A stretch of 64,000 nucleotides of DNA from Vicugna vicugna (taxonomy: Eukaryota): assembly GCA_013265495.1 (NCBI GenBank), contig MU058748.1:62001-126000 (forward strand). Direction: 5' to 3'. Positions 1-11,200 of the stretch are shown in pieces. Below the pieces are notes generated by a model. That model had not been told where the DNA came from, did no database searches, and worked only from the letters and a program-made list of their open reading frames with translations. The stretch's first letter is position 1. Each line of letters opens with the position of its first letter. Both the position numbers and the translations under genes were made by a program.

Positions 1-285
1 GTGATACCGTAATGATAAATCCTTGTCATTATACATTTTTCCAAACCAACAGAATGAACAAGACCCACAGTGAGCTGTAATGTAAACTGTGGGCTGTGTG
101 TGATTATGATGTGTCAGTGTAGGTTCATCAATTGTGACAAACCTACCATCCTGGTGGGGGATGTTGGGGAGGCTATGCAAGTGTGAGCACAGTGGGGATA
201 TCGGGTGTCTCTGTACCGCCTCCTAAATTTAGTTGTAAACCCTACACTGGTCTAAAAAACAAATAAACAAAAGCTTTAATAATAA
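1..285 (+). mobile_element. Old L1M (L1MB/L1MC-like) 3' end fragment
   Basis: Contains tgtcattatacatt...acagaatg...aatgtaaactgtgggct...gatgtgtcagtgtaggttcatcaattgtgacaaa and ends in an A-rich tail, typical of the ancestral mammalian L1 3' UTR. Confidence 0.7.
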
Positions 286-379
286 TAATTTTCAAACCTT
301 ACAGCAATAAAATTCCATTTACTTCTGTCAGTATTTTTTATCTTCTATTTCACATCTCTGTATTTTGTAGATTCACAGC

Positions 380-1500
380 ACATTTTTGTTAGTTTTTCAT
401 TAACTAATCCATGTATTTTAAGAAGATTGGGAGCAAATTCATCATAAAATGCTCTTCTCTACTCACACTTTTATCTTTTCCAGTAGTCTTCATTTTTTCC
501 CTGCACTTACGATCAGTACTTCAGTATTTCTTTTTGTACAAGTCTGCTGGATACAACATCCTGCAAGTTGTCTCTGTCTGAAATATCTTTACTTATATTC
601 ATTTTTAAAGGATATTTTTTAAAAATATGGAATTCTATTGGACTTTTTAAAATCAGTTCTTTAAATATGTAATTCCATTGCCTTTTCTTTTCCCTGAAGA
701 GAGGCCAGTAATTTTTATTGTTATTCCCATAAGTGCAATGGATCTTTCTCAGTTTTCTCTAGGTTGTTTTAAGTTGTTGCTGCTGATGTAAGTCTTAATT
801 TTGGTTATGTTGTTTTCCTCTGTGTTTGCCTGTCAGCAATTTTACTGCGATGCATCTCAATGCGGTTTTCTTTGCATTTACTCTACTTAGAGATTGCTGA
901 GCTTCATAAATCTCTGGGAAATTCTCATTCATTGTCTCATGTATGTCTTCTGCCTATTCTGAATACTGCACTGCATATACTGCACTCATCCTGAAATATA
1001 GATAGAATTATGTTTTTCCTTTTGATATTGTCCCATATGTCTCAGATATAATTTTCATTTTCTTCTCTCTGTACTTCTGTTTTGTTAATTTTTTATGAAT
1101 CAGTGTTCAAGGTAATTGATATTTTCTGCAGCTAAGTCTAGTCCATATCTAAACTCACTGACTGGTATATGCATTTTTGATATTTTATCTTTTAGCTCTA
1201 GAATTTCCAGTGAGTTTTTTTTTTTAGAATTCCCAGTAGTCTAGGAAATTCCCCCAAGTGTTCACACATTTTCCACTCCTTGTACAAATCCCTTTTGCAT
1301 ATTTATAATAGTTATCATGAAGCCTTGTGGAGTAATTCCAGTATTTGGGTACTTTATGGATCTGCTTCTGTTGACTATTTTTTTTCTCTTGGTTATATAT
1401 TTTCTCATTTTTTCCTAATATGTTATATTTTGTGACTGTACCTTGAATATGTATAAAAAGATAATAGAAAATACAGGAAGTAATATTTACACACTGAATG
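380..1500 (-). mobile_element. Degraded old L1M fragment, antisense
   Basis: T-rich antisense L1-like motifs (cagcaattttactgcgatgcatct, gattgctgagcttca, tttagctctagaatttcc). Boundaries approximate. Confidence 0.5.
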
Positions 1501-1789
1501 GGAACGGGATGTGCATTTCCTCCTGTGAGACCACTGGGGTTAGATTGAGTCCATCTAATGCACCGTTTAGCTGGATGTAGGCTTTGTTGCAGCTTTCATT
1601 CACTACCACAGTCCAGTTTTTTCAAGAGTAGATATGACTCTCCCTTCAGTAATGTTTGGGATCTGATCATCAGTGAGACGTCAGCATTCTATTTCTTCTT
1701 TCCAGTTCAGATTTGGGGCAGCTGGCAGGGTCCTTTTTCCCTCTAGTGGAACCCCCTTCTTTCCACTCTTAGAATTTGCCTATAGTATT

Positions 1790-1945
1790 ATACCTGTAAA
1801 GGCTTCAGTTCCCTTGGTTGTAAAGTGGAGATAATCATCCTACCTGTGCTTATTTGTTGTTAGGGCATAGTGTGGTGATATATGTAAACTGTTTAGGGAC
1901 AAGAAGCAGTCAATGAATGTTAGTTATACTATTATTGATAATAAA
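1790..1945 (+). mobile_element. MIR SINE fragment
   Basis: cttcagttccc...gtaaagtggagataatcatcctacct...aatgttagttatactatt matches the MIR core and 3' end. Confidence 0.65.
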
Positions 1946-2675
1946 CACAACTAAAGGATAAGGACACAGGAAAAATATCCTTAAAGGTATACATGTTTTA
2001 TATATTCCTTCTGCAATTTTATAATTTGCTGATTAGCTATAAATAGTTAGTGTAGAAGTCTTTGGGAGATGCTTATAAGTAATTTGGAAAAGTATGTCAT
2101 CAACATCATCTTTACAGTTTAGTATTGTAGGCAAAGTTGATAGGCATAAAAACATTAGATTGTTCAACAATATTTCCATTACTGCAGAGCCTAACAGTGT
2201 AAATGGGCCCACAGAATGCTAATCACTGTCCAGGCAGACCCTGTGGACATTGCAAGGATCCAGTACAACCCTGGCATCTGCCACGGAAGCAGATGCTGTT
2301 TGCATCTGTTTCCTATGACAGTCACTGAAGGAGGCAGAAAAAAAAAATCTGCATTTTAACACAAGCTGCTCAGATATTCAGGGACATATTTGGCTTGTCA
2401 AGGCACTTTTAAAAAATTATTGTTAGGGATGAGATTTATAGGAAATACAGGTTTTAAGCAACCAAGAAATATATTTTTCTGAATTTACCTGTGAATAAAT
2501 ATATTGTGTATGATTTCTAATCAGTTGCTGTTACTAAATTTTGGAGGACAGTTATTTGTAAGCAAAAGGAAGACAGAAAGGAAATAATTGTTCTTTCATT
2601 TTAAAACTTAAGCTAGAATTATTGACCAATTTTACTGTATATTATGTACTTGAAACTTAGAGTTTCTGTAAGATA

Positions 2676-2677
<2 letters not shown>

Positions 2678-2716
<39 letters not shown>
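2678..2716. repeat. (TG)n microsatellite
   Basis: About 19 perfect TG units. Confidence 0.95.
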
Positions 2717-2722
<6 letters not shown>

Positions 2723-4429
2723 TTCCTTCAATTTAAAGTATTTTTTTTCTTATGACAATCTTGTTAATTTAGCTCCAATCCCATAGGAATTTTTAAGTAA
2801 ACTCAAAGCTGTGTTTGTGTCTCAGCTACACTGAGAAATTCTAACTCGGTCTTATTTTCCAAGGGGTCCTTCCTAAACTGATTTTATCAGTCCTGGACAG
2901 CGTAAGCAAGACTGCAATAGTAATTTTTTAAACATTCACCCAGTCCAGATATTCTGTATGTAAAAATAACTGGAGAGAACCTTTAATGTTCGGACATTAA
3001 GACAATAACAAATAGGAGAATGACTACACAAAGCAAGGATTTTAAAATTTATTTAAATGTAATTTTATACAATAGCTATAAAGAGGGTATAGTAGATTCT
3101 GTTATGTGACATTTGTTGGGAAATAAGAAATTGTTTTCCATTTAATTTAATTTGATAGAGCTCATTCCTGCTGGACCAGATCTCCTAAGTATGCAAGGTG
3201 TGTCAGAATGTAACTTCCTTGTAACGTTCTATTTGCACATTATAGTAACAGAAAACAGTCTCTACATTTCGTGTTTTATTCAATATCTTTTTAATCATCT
3301 CTGTCTAAGATGGTTATTGCTGTTAATATGATTTACAATAATGATTCCTCTTGATTATATTTAGCTCTAGAAATGGCATCCAGATGTATATCAGTTTGCA
3401 TGGACAGAAAACATTTTAGCCTAAGAATATCCTGGGTTTTGGAGGACACAGGAAATCCATGATTGCTGTCCAAGCAAAAAATAGTTACATCTCTGGGCAC
3501 GGGAAAAAAAGAAAGATAAAATACGAATTCATATAGAAAAAAATTTTAAGTGCCATCTACAAAAGCCTGTTCCTGTTTAGCTTCTCACTCGAAGACTCAG
3601 ATTACACTGTTCCAGTATAAGGATGCCACTGATAAAACTGACATTAATTAGGAGACTAAACATGTAGATTAACATATAAACAAAGTTCTCTGTATTTTTT
3701 AAAACTGGGAATGCAAAAGTCTTCTCAAACAAAATATAATCCAAACTTTATTATTTTAAACATATAAACCCATAAATACAGCTCAATACCTCAATCAAAA
3801 GTTATTTGATTGTCTTAATTAGAAAATAGTAAACTGAATAAATTGTCTCATATTTAATGTGGATTGATATATTTAATAAATATGTTCTTCCACTTCTTCC
3901 CCATTCTAGAATTGTATACATATATTTGACACAACTTATGTATAAAAGATACATAAGTATATAGGGCCTTAGAGTTTTATCTAGTTACTCATGTATTCAG
4001 ATTGTCTCCTAGTTTGGAAACAAAATATAAAATCATAAATTGAAATAATTATTTTAAAGAGAAAACAAAGTTGTCCAATAAAGAACATCTTAATTCTGCT
4101 TGGATTTGAAAATGTCAAGATATGAACCTCATATATGAATGCAACACAAATAAGAATGCAAACAAATGCCCTGCTGGAAGTATAATTAGGCCTATAATTC
4201 AACACACATGAATTTTAATGGTTTTCCTATATCAAATGAATCACTTTCTTTTGTTCCCTAAAGTTGAATTGGTGGAAGTTTTCATTATATTTAAAATAAA
4301 TAAGTAGAAGTTTTTTAGCTTTATGTAAATATTTTATAGTAACTTAAGAAAGAAGCCTCAGAACTTATTATACAAATACATTACTTTTCCCTAATATGTG
4401 GAATATATTATACTTTCAGAAATTGAAAA

Positions 4430-4548
4430 TATGAAATATGAAAACAAATATATGTATGTATATGAATGATTGGGACATTGTGCTGTACAGCAGAAATTGA
4501 TACATTGTAATTGTATTTCATTTAAAGAAATAAAATAAATTTTAAAAA
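4430..4548 (+). mobile_element. Short 5'-truncated lineage-specific L1 3' end
   Basis: tgtgctgtacagcagaaattgatacattgtaa followed by an A-rich tail; aaaatatga on both sides is a possible TSD. Confidence 0.6.
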
Positions 4549-4589
4549 TATGAGATTATTACCATAATAAATAAAGATAAATAAATACA

Positions 4590-5603
4590 TAAATATATAT
4601 ACATATATATTGATGTATAGTCAGTTTACAATGTTTTGTCACTTTCTGGTGTACAGCACAATAGTTCAGCCACACATAGACATGCATGCATTCCTTTTCA
4701 TATTCTTTTTCATCTTAGGTTACTACAAGATATCAAATATAGTTCCCTGTGATATACAGTATAAACTTGTTTATCTATTTTATATTTACCAGCCAGTATC
4801 TGCAAATCTCAAACTCTCAATTTATCCCTTCCCACCAGCTTCCCCACTGGTAACCACAAGTTTGTTTTCTATGTCTGTGAGTCAGTTTCTGTTTTGTAAA
4901 GTTTGTCTTTTTTTTTAGATTCCACATATAAGTGATATATGGTATGTTTCTTTCTCTTTCTGGCATACTTCACTTAGAATGACAATCTCCAGGTCCATCC
5001 ATGTTGCTGCAAGTGGCATTATTTTATTATTTTTTNNNNNNNNNNNNNNNNNNNNNNNNNNNNNNNNNNNNNNNNNNNNNNNNNNNNNNTCATCTTGTCA
5101 CATTTAGGTTGTTTCCATGTCTTGGCTATTGGAAATAGTGCTCCTATGAACATTGGGGTGCATGCATCTTTTTGAATTAAGGTTCCCTCTGGGTATAAGC
5201 TCCGGAATGGGATTGCTGAGTCATATGGTAAGTCTATTTTTAGTCTTTTGAGGAATCTCCATACTGTTTTCCATAACAGCTGCACCAAACTACATTCCCA
5301 CCAACAGTGTAGGAGGGTTCCTTTTTCTCCACACCCTCTCCAGCATTTATTGTTTGTGGACTTTTAGATTATGGCCATTCTGACTAGTGTGAGGTGATAC
5401 CTCATTGTAGTTTTGATTTACAGTTCTCTGATAATTAGCGACATTGAGCATTTTTTCATGTGCCTATTGGCCACCAAATTAATGTTTTGAAATATAGAGC
5501 AGGTTAATCAGGAGATACTTCTCATATTAATATGGAGTAAGAAAAACTCATGACTTATCAACAAAATTCATATATTGAGGAGAGTTTCAGTTATTACATG
5601 TGA
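4590..5603 (-). mobile_element. Chimeric L1-derived element, copy 1 (L1 3' end plus ~130 bp non-L1 head at 5474-5603)
   Basis: Antisense L1 ORF2 C-terminus ([26 protein letters not shown]...) and 3' UTR. L1 similarity stops at tattggcca and is followed by a head shared with 31680-31806. Confidence 0.85.
5036..5089. other. Assembly gap (54 N)
   Basis: Run of N inside the L1-derived element. The paralogous copy at about 31250-31300 has a similar length of sequence at this position. Confidence 0.98.
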
Positions 5604-5679
5604 ATATTCAAAATATGAAAGCTATAATTGAGACAGTAATTTAAAGATACACAAACATACCCACACGCATACACAAACA

Positions 5680-6112
5680 CACTTCAAACTTAAAACTACT
5701 CTGCATCAAAGGACACAGTCAACAGCATGAAAAGGAAACCTACAGACTGGGAGAAAATACTTCCAAATCAAAAACTGGATAAGGGATCAATCCAGAAAAT
5801 ATAGAGAACTCCTACAAAAATAACCAGATTAAAAGACCGAACATTTTTTCGAAGACGATATACAAAAGGCCAGCAAGCATATAAAAGATGCTCAGTATCA
5901 TTACTCATTAGAGAAATGCAAGTCAAAACAATGAGATATTACTTCACAGTTGCTAGCATGGCTATGACCAATAAAACAGAAAATAACCAGAGTGGACAAG
6001 GATGTGAAGAATTTGGAACCCTTGAGCTCTATTGATGGGACTCTAAAATGGTGCAGCTGCTATGGAAAACAGTATGGTGGTTCCTCAAAAATTAAAAATA
6101 AAACTAACATAT
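5680..6112 (+). mobile_element. L1M ORF2 3' region fragment
   Basis: catcaaaggacaca...gactgggagaaaata...gaaatgcaagtcaaaac...ggtgcagctgctatggaaaacagtatgg. Confidence 0.8.
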
Positions 6113-6310
6113 GTATTAGTCTGCTTAGGCTGCCATAACAAAATATCACAAACTGGGTGGCTTAAATAACAAAAATGTATTTCTCACAAATCTGAAGATT
6201 GAAAAGTCCAAGATCATTGTCTCAGCTGATTTGGTCTTTGGTAACAATCCACTTCCTGGCTTGCAGGTAGTTACCTGCTTGCTGCATCTTTATGTGCAGA
6301 GAAAGAGAGA
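6113..6310. mobile_element. MaLR (MLT1-type) LTR fragment inserted in L1
   Basis: tgtattagtctgcttaggctgccataacaaaatatcacaaactgggtggcttaaataac is the characteristic MLT1 terminus. Confidence 0.75.
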
Positions 6311-6319
6311 GAAAGAGAG

Positions 6320-6500
6320 GGGCTGAGGAGAGAGGAAGCTGTTTCATGGGTATAGAGTTTCAGTGTTGCAAGATGAAAAAGTTCTGGAGATCTGTTGCAC
6401 AATAATATACATAACTTAGCACTACTCAACTGTACACTTAAAAATGGTTAAGATGGTAAATTTTATGTGATGTGTTTTTCTAATTAAAAATAAAAATAAT
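6320..6500 (+). mobile_element. L1MA/L1MB 3' end
   Basis: gggtatagagtttcagt...gatgaaaaagttctggagat...ctgtacacttaaaaatggttaagatggtaaattttatg followed by an A tail. Confidence 0.8.
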
Positions 6501-7028
6501 ATTAATTATATTAAATAGCAACTCTTTAAAAAATAGATAATCAAAGCAAATATTCAGTTACAGATATTTCCCTAAATATTTCCCTCCAAATACCCATCAT
6601 TTCCCCAATAATCTTTTTGATTATTTTTAGTATTTTTGACCAGGCTCTCCAAGTGTCATACATAATATGACCTATAAGAATATGAATACACATAAAATGT
6701 ATTTTTAAATGATACTTTAAAGGTACTATTTCTGTTTTACTGTTATAGGTGAACTTTTTTCTAGATTTAAGGAAATTATTTGTCAAGCTTTTTTAAATAA
6801 TAAAAGCAGGTTTTAATAAATGGAAATTGAATACTATTTACTATCATGCCAATTTAATCTAATTAATTACTGTTAACATGTAACTCTTCTACTATAGGTA
6901 TTACATCAAGATATTGTCACTATTTTAAGACAGAAAATAAGTGTATCATTTGGCTTGTAGAAGAAAAAGCAATTGTTAGTTTATCCAATACTATAAATTT
7001 TGTTTCTTTGACTTTTCAAAGCACGCGA

Positions 7029-7068
7029 AGAGAAAAAGAAAAAGAAAAAGAAAAAAAGAAAAGAAAAG
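7029..7068. repeat. A-rich (GAAAA/GAAAAA)n tract
   Basis: gaaaaagaaaaagaaaaagaaaaaaagaaaagaaaag, seen directly. Confidence 0.85.
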
Positions 7069-7329
7069 GAGAGCCATGCTTGCATTCATGAAGGAAACTT
7101 GGCTCAGACTGATCACGCACGGTCAGTGAAAGGTGATCCTTTTAGGCATAACCAAAGGGAAGTTTGTTTCCTCGCTGTTCTGGAAACCTGAGCCCTGAGC
7201 GGGTTCTCACGTCTCGCTCGTTAGTGCCAGTCCTTCTGTGCCACCTTATCTAAGGACGCCTGTTACCAGGGAGGGGATGCAGATGAATCCAGGTCAGATT
7301 CAAAGGAACAGCAAGAACAGGGGAGCAGG

Positions 7330-8260
7330 TTGGGATGCAGAGTCGGTCTTCCTAGAGGGAAACTGGAGAGAAGGGACCTCACAGACGGGTGCGCGGGGCT
7401 TCTCCCTTCACCGAGCGCACTTCCTTTGCGCCTGCGGCGAAGGCCAGGAGGACAGCGCGCTGGGCGGGCGGGGGCGCGCGGGCTGCAGTTTCCCGCGCGC
7501 CCGGCAGCTCGGAGGGCGCCCTCGGCCCGCGATTGGCCGCCCCGCCCTCTATGCTAGTTGGGCTGGCTCTCTTGAGGAAGACAGAGGTCGCCCGGAGCAG
7601 GCTCTCTCAGTTATTGGGAGAAGCTGTCCGACCTTTGCTTCCGGACCCCAAGACTACAACCAGGATCGCGCCCGCGGCTGGCTGCGGCTGCGAGCTCCTG
7701 TCTGCCCGGGAGACCGTGAGGGGGCCGCCGGAGGCACAGACCGCGCAGAGACGGAGGCGCCCGTGTTCCTCTCCCCGGTAGCTGCCGGCGTTTGTCCCGG
7801 CCTGTCGGAGGTGACAGCAGAGGGCGAAGCCCTTCTGTGTGTCTTTCGAGTCACAGCCATCGTGTGTTTGGTTAGGGGGTGGGTGGCGGTGAAAGGAGCA
7901 ACACTGCAAGTTAGAAAATTCCGTACAGGCGTTGCGGCCTTTGCGAGGGTCATTTTTCCTTTAGGAACGGGGCTCAGGGACTCAGCAGGGACCCGGGTTT
8001 CGTACCGAGGCCGAAGTGGGGGTGGGCATGGGCTGACCTTGAGGAGCAAGAGGTTGTCAGTTTGGCCACGCGACCCTTCTCCGCCCTCTTGGCAAAGCGC
8101 GCAGATGGTGTCCAGCCTTGCGACCTGTAGCGATCTGATCTCTAAGGAGTTGAGGTGTCTCTTTCCTCCCAGTGTTCGAAAGGTCCTTCGCGGATCTGAG
8201 TTCCTTCCCCTTTTGCTCTGGCCCCACAGGAGGTGCGGACGCATCAAAGTCTCCACCTCA
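7330..8260. promoter_or_regulatory. CpG island 1, probable promoter
   Basis: GC- and CpG-dense block in an AT-rich background. Contains an ETS-like acttcc (7419), an NRF1-like tgcgcctgcg (7427), GC boxes (7462-7476, 7540-7547) and a reverse CCAAT attgg (7532). Confidence 0.85.
7600..7715 (+). other. Candidate first exon 1a (start approximate)
   Basis: Lies downstream of the CCAAT/GC boxes and ends at donor ACC|GTGAGG (GT at 7716). Confidence 0.35.
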
Positions 8261-8989
8261 GTCCCTTGTTCTGTACTCTGACTCTGAGTCAGAAAACAAA
8301 AACAAAAACAAAAAAACCCCAGGAGATTCTCTGGCCACGCTTGCCTGGGCTAGCCACAAGTGATGAACCCTGAAGTCACTGGCCGCCCAGAACGCCACAA
8401 AAATCGTGGAAATGGAGGGTGGGTAGAGACGGCCCTGGTTCCAGAGAGCTCAGTCAGGCGGGCACAGGCCCTCACTGGTTTTTACTGTGACTAACCCTCC
8501 CTCAACCCTAAAGCATTTTGAAGGGGCGCCAAACTTGGACGACACTGAACCGAGCGGGAGTGCAGGGTGGAGGTGTCACCAAATTAGTTCTGTTCCCGCT
8601 CTTCTTAGGAAGTTTCACTGGAAACCGGTTTATTTGAATAAAAACTAGTTATCTGTGTTATTGATGCTTTTCTAAAGCCCTTCAATGTTCTGCTTCCCTC
8701 CCCAATCCCAACTTCTCGCTGATCTTTCTGGGTATATTCACTACAAAGAGCAAAAGTGCTGTCGTCGTTGCCGGTTTCCAAAGCCTTTACAGCACTGCCT
8801 CTCCATAAAGTTTCCTCAGACCCTCCCAGCTCAGGGCTAACGTCGGAGGAAGAATATGAAGCTCTAGGAGTAGCACTTAAGATGCAGTGTCCAGGTGAAG
8901 GGTCTTAGCTAGGAAGAGGAGGGCTTATGGAGAGCCGACAGGTACCTGTGGGTTTTTTCAGTGATCAGCAGTCCTCCCACACAAAGCAT

Positions 8990-9120
8990 CAGGGAGGCGC
9001 GCGCGCACCTTCCCCCCCGCCCCCCAACTCCCCATACACGGCGTTTCCCTACACGGCCGCTAGAGGGAGGACCGCCGGGCGTTCGGGCTAGATGGCACAA
9101 ACGTGGAGCCTGCTCTCGGG
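8990..9120. promoter_or_regulatory. Small CpG patch with CTCF-like motif and C-tracts
   Basis: ggccgctagagggagg at 9055-9070 resembles the CTCF core. (GC)5 at 8997-9006 and C-runs at 9012-9033. Confidence 0.5.
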
Positions 9121-9929
9121 CAGATTTTGTATTTGTCACTTTTCCAAGGCTTGGAGTGACTGTGATCAAGGGAAATCTACCCTGGTTAGATTGGAACTGC
9201 ATAAAGGGGAAAAATATGTGTTATCTGTCCTTCACAACCGCAGGTTCTTTTGGTCTTGGGACTTTATATTCTTCTATCCCTTCTTCACTATGCTGGTTGT
9301 TGCAAGTCTGAGGGTGTCCAGAATGGAGCCAGGACACCTAATCACCTAATAAATGCACTCAGTTGATAATTTCTTTCTTTTTTTTTTTTGGAAGAGAAAT
9401 TTAGGAAAGGGCCATGGAAATGGGAACTCTACTTTCTGAATTATTTTTCCACTTCTATTTATTTTTACTCTATAACTTCAAAAATGTAGCTGCTATATCA
9501 TTTTCTGGCAAAAATGTAAAAATCAGTTGAAAACAGAATTTTACAAAGGATAAAGAAACAAAATCCTCTTTTCATCACATTTCTAATTGTGAATTTAATT
9601 TCTCACCGCCAACCTGGAAAGTTACAAAAACGTTAGAAAATGCCACTGAAAGTAACGTATTACTCCAATTTACTTCCTTGTGCAAAGGCTCTTAAGTTAC
9701 TAATGATATGAGTGAAAATCACCCAAGAAAAAGAGCAAGGGTCATTTTTTACACGTCAAATAATTTCGTCCATTGTAACTTTGAATTAGGAAGTAGGCAT
9801 GTGGAGGTTAAGGGAAGATTTGACTACTAATGTCTTGATTGGAATTTCAAGATTGAAAAAAAAAATCTAATCCCGTTTACCTAAAAGGCATCTCGGTGGA
9901 TTTCAACCAACTTTGTGAAATGAATCAGA

Positions 9930-11200
9930 ATGATGACGCAAACCAGAGCGAAAGAGGAAAGTGATTTCCCTTAAAACAAGGTGCTGAGAGCGCCTTGGTG
10001 ACCCAATACTGGGTGCGCGCGCGCGTAGAGTAGCCAGACCGCTCTGCACGCAGCTCTGATTCTGGTCAATTCGGCAAGCGCGCCCACCGCAGAAGTGCCA
10101 CCGGTATTTCGTTTCCGATGATGGGCTCTGGGGGTTGACACTCCGCAGCTCCACTAGCGCCGTTTTCTCCCCGAAGTCAGTCACTCAACCGCGCAAGCAG
10201 GTCGCTCTCGGCGCGCTACAGCCTGCGGGGTGGGGAACTCTGGCGCTCACCCCGCGAGCTCAGCTGGTGCTGACGTCCGTTCAGGCCCTTAAACGTGTTT
10301 GTCCCTGCTCAGGAGGGAACAGACTTTGTAGCAGTCACTTTGCCCGAGGGGAGTCGCGTTTCTGCTCTTGAGGTGGCAGCTCCAGTTCCCCTCACTCTTC
10401 CTGGATCTGCGTTTGTCTCTGTCCTCTTTGCACCGACTCCCCGCCAGCCTCTCCAGCGGGAGGCGCATTTGGTATTTTCACCTCAGGAGAGAACCAACAG
10501 GGCTTCCCATGCCCTGTGCTTTTCCTGTGGACTCGGAAGACCAGAGACTACGGGTGCGCTCGGGGATCGCTCAAGGAGCAGGGAGCTTCCTCTCCCTGAT
10601 TTTAGTAGGGGGTGATTTATCTCCGAGCTGGTGAAACCGTCCTCCCCGCTCCGGCAACTGCAACTTGTTTTGGTTTCTTCTCAGTCCTGAGTGTGCGGTT
10701 CCAACATCAAAGTTTTTCTTCCCTTACCCGAAAAATCTATCCGTTGAATCCATTCTCCTCCCTACGCGTTGTCTCCGCCAGGCCTCCTCGCTGTGCGGTG
10801 AGTGGATAGCGGGGCGCGCAGTGTGGCAGCGGCGGCGGAGATTGGAGCGATCCGGCAGAGCCGAAGAGAAGGAGCTGCTGCTGGGGGCTCCCTGGCCCCT
10901 GGGTAACGCTTTGTCAGGCGAAAGAGCTGGGTAAGAGCACAGAAGAGTCGGAACCTTCCGGGACGCTGGTGCCTAAAAACTGGATTTTAATCACCATCCT
11001 GGTTGCCCATCTCTGTCCCTTTTCTCATTTGGTAACTAGTCGAGAGAAGCGCTTGGCACCAGCGCTCTGCGGGACCCAAGCTCCCGGCTGCTAGGGACCC
11101 GAGTGTCCGCTGCTGCGGAAGGAGCGGAGGGGAGGACGCCAGCGGATGCTTACTGGAGCCTGGAGGTAGGCAAAGGGGTGGGATCCTGATTCTAGCGCTC
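9930..11200. promoter_or_regulatory. CpG island 2, probable promoter and 5' exon region
   Basis: CpG-rich block with CRE/ATF-like tgacgcaa (9934) and tgacgtcc (10271), an alternating gtgcgcgcgcgcgta (10013-10027) and several + strand splice donors. Confidence 0.85.
10782..10930 (+). other. Candidate 5' exon with alternative donors (ends at 10797, 10902 or 10930)
   Basis: Acceptor cattctcctccctacgcgttgtctccgccAG|. Donors GCG|GTGAGT, TGG|GTAACG and TGG|GTAAGA. Confidence 0.5.

Noticed and set aside
7238..8281. 347-aa ORF and overlapping ORFs on both strands
   Set aside because: GTG start, low-complexity G/A/R/P composition, no recognisable domain. Long ORFs in several frames are expected in a CpG island.
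9978..10275. ggtgctga half-sites resembling REST/RE1
   Set aside because: The second half-site (gcgctgtcc) is missing at the required spacing.
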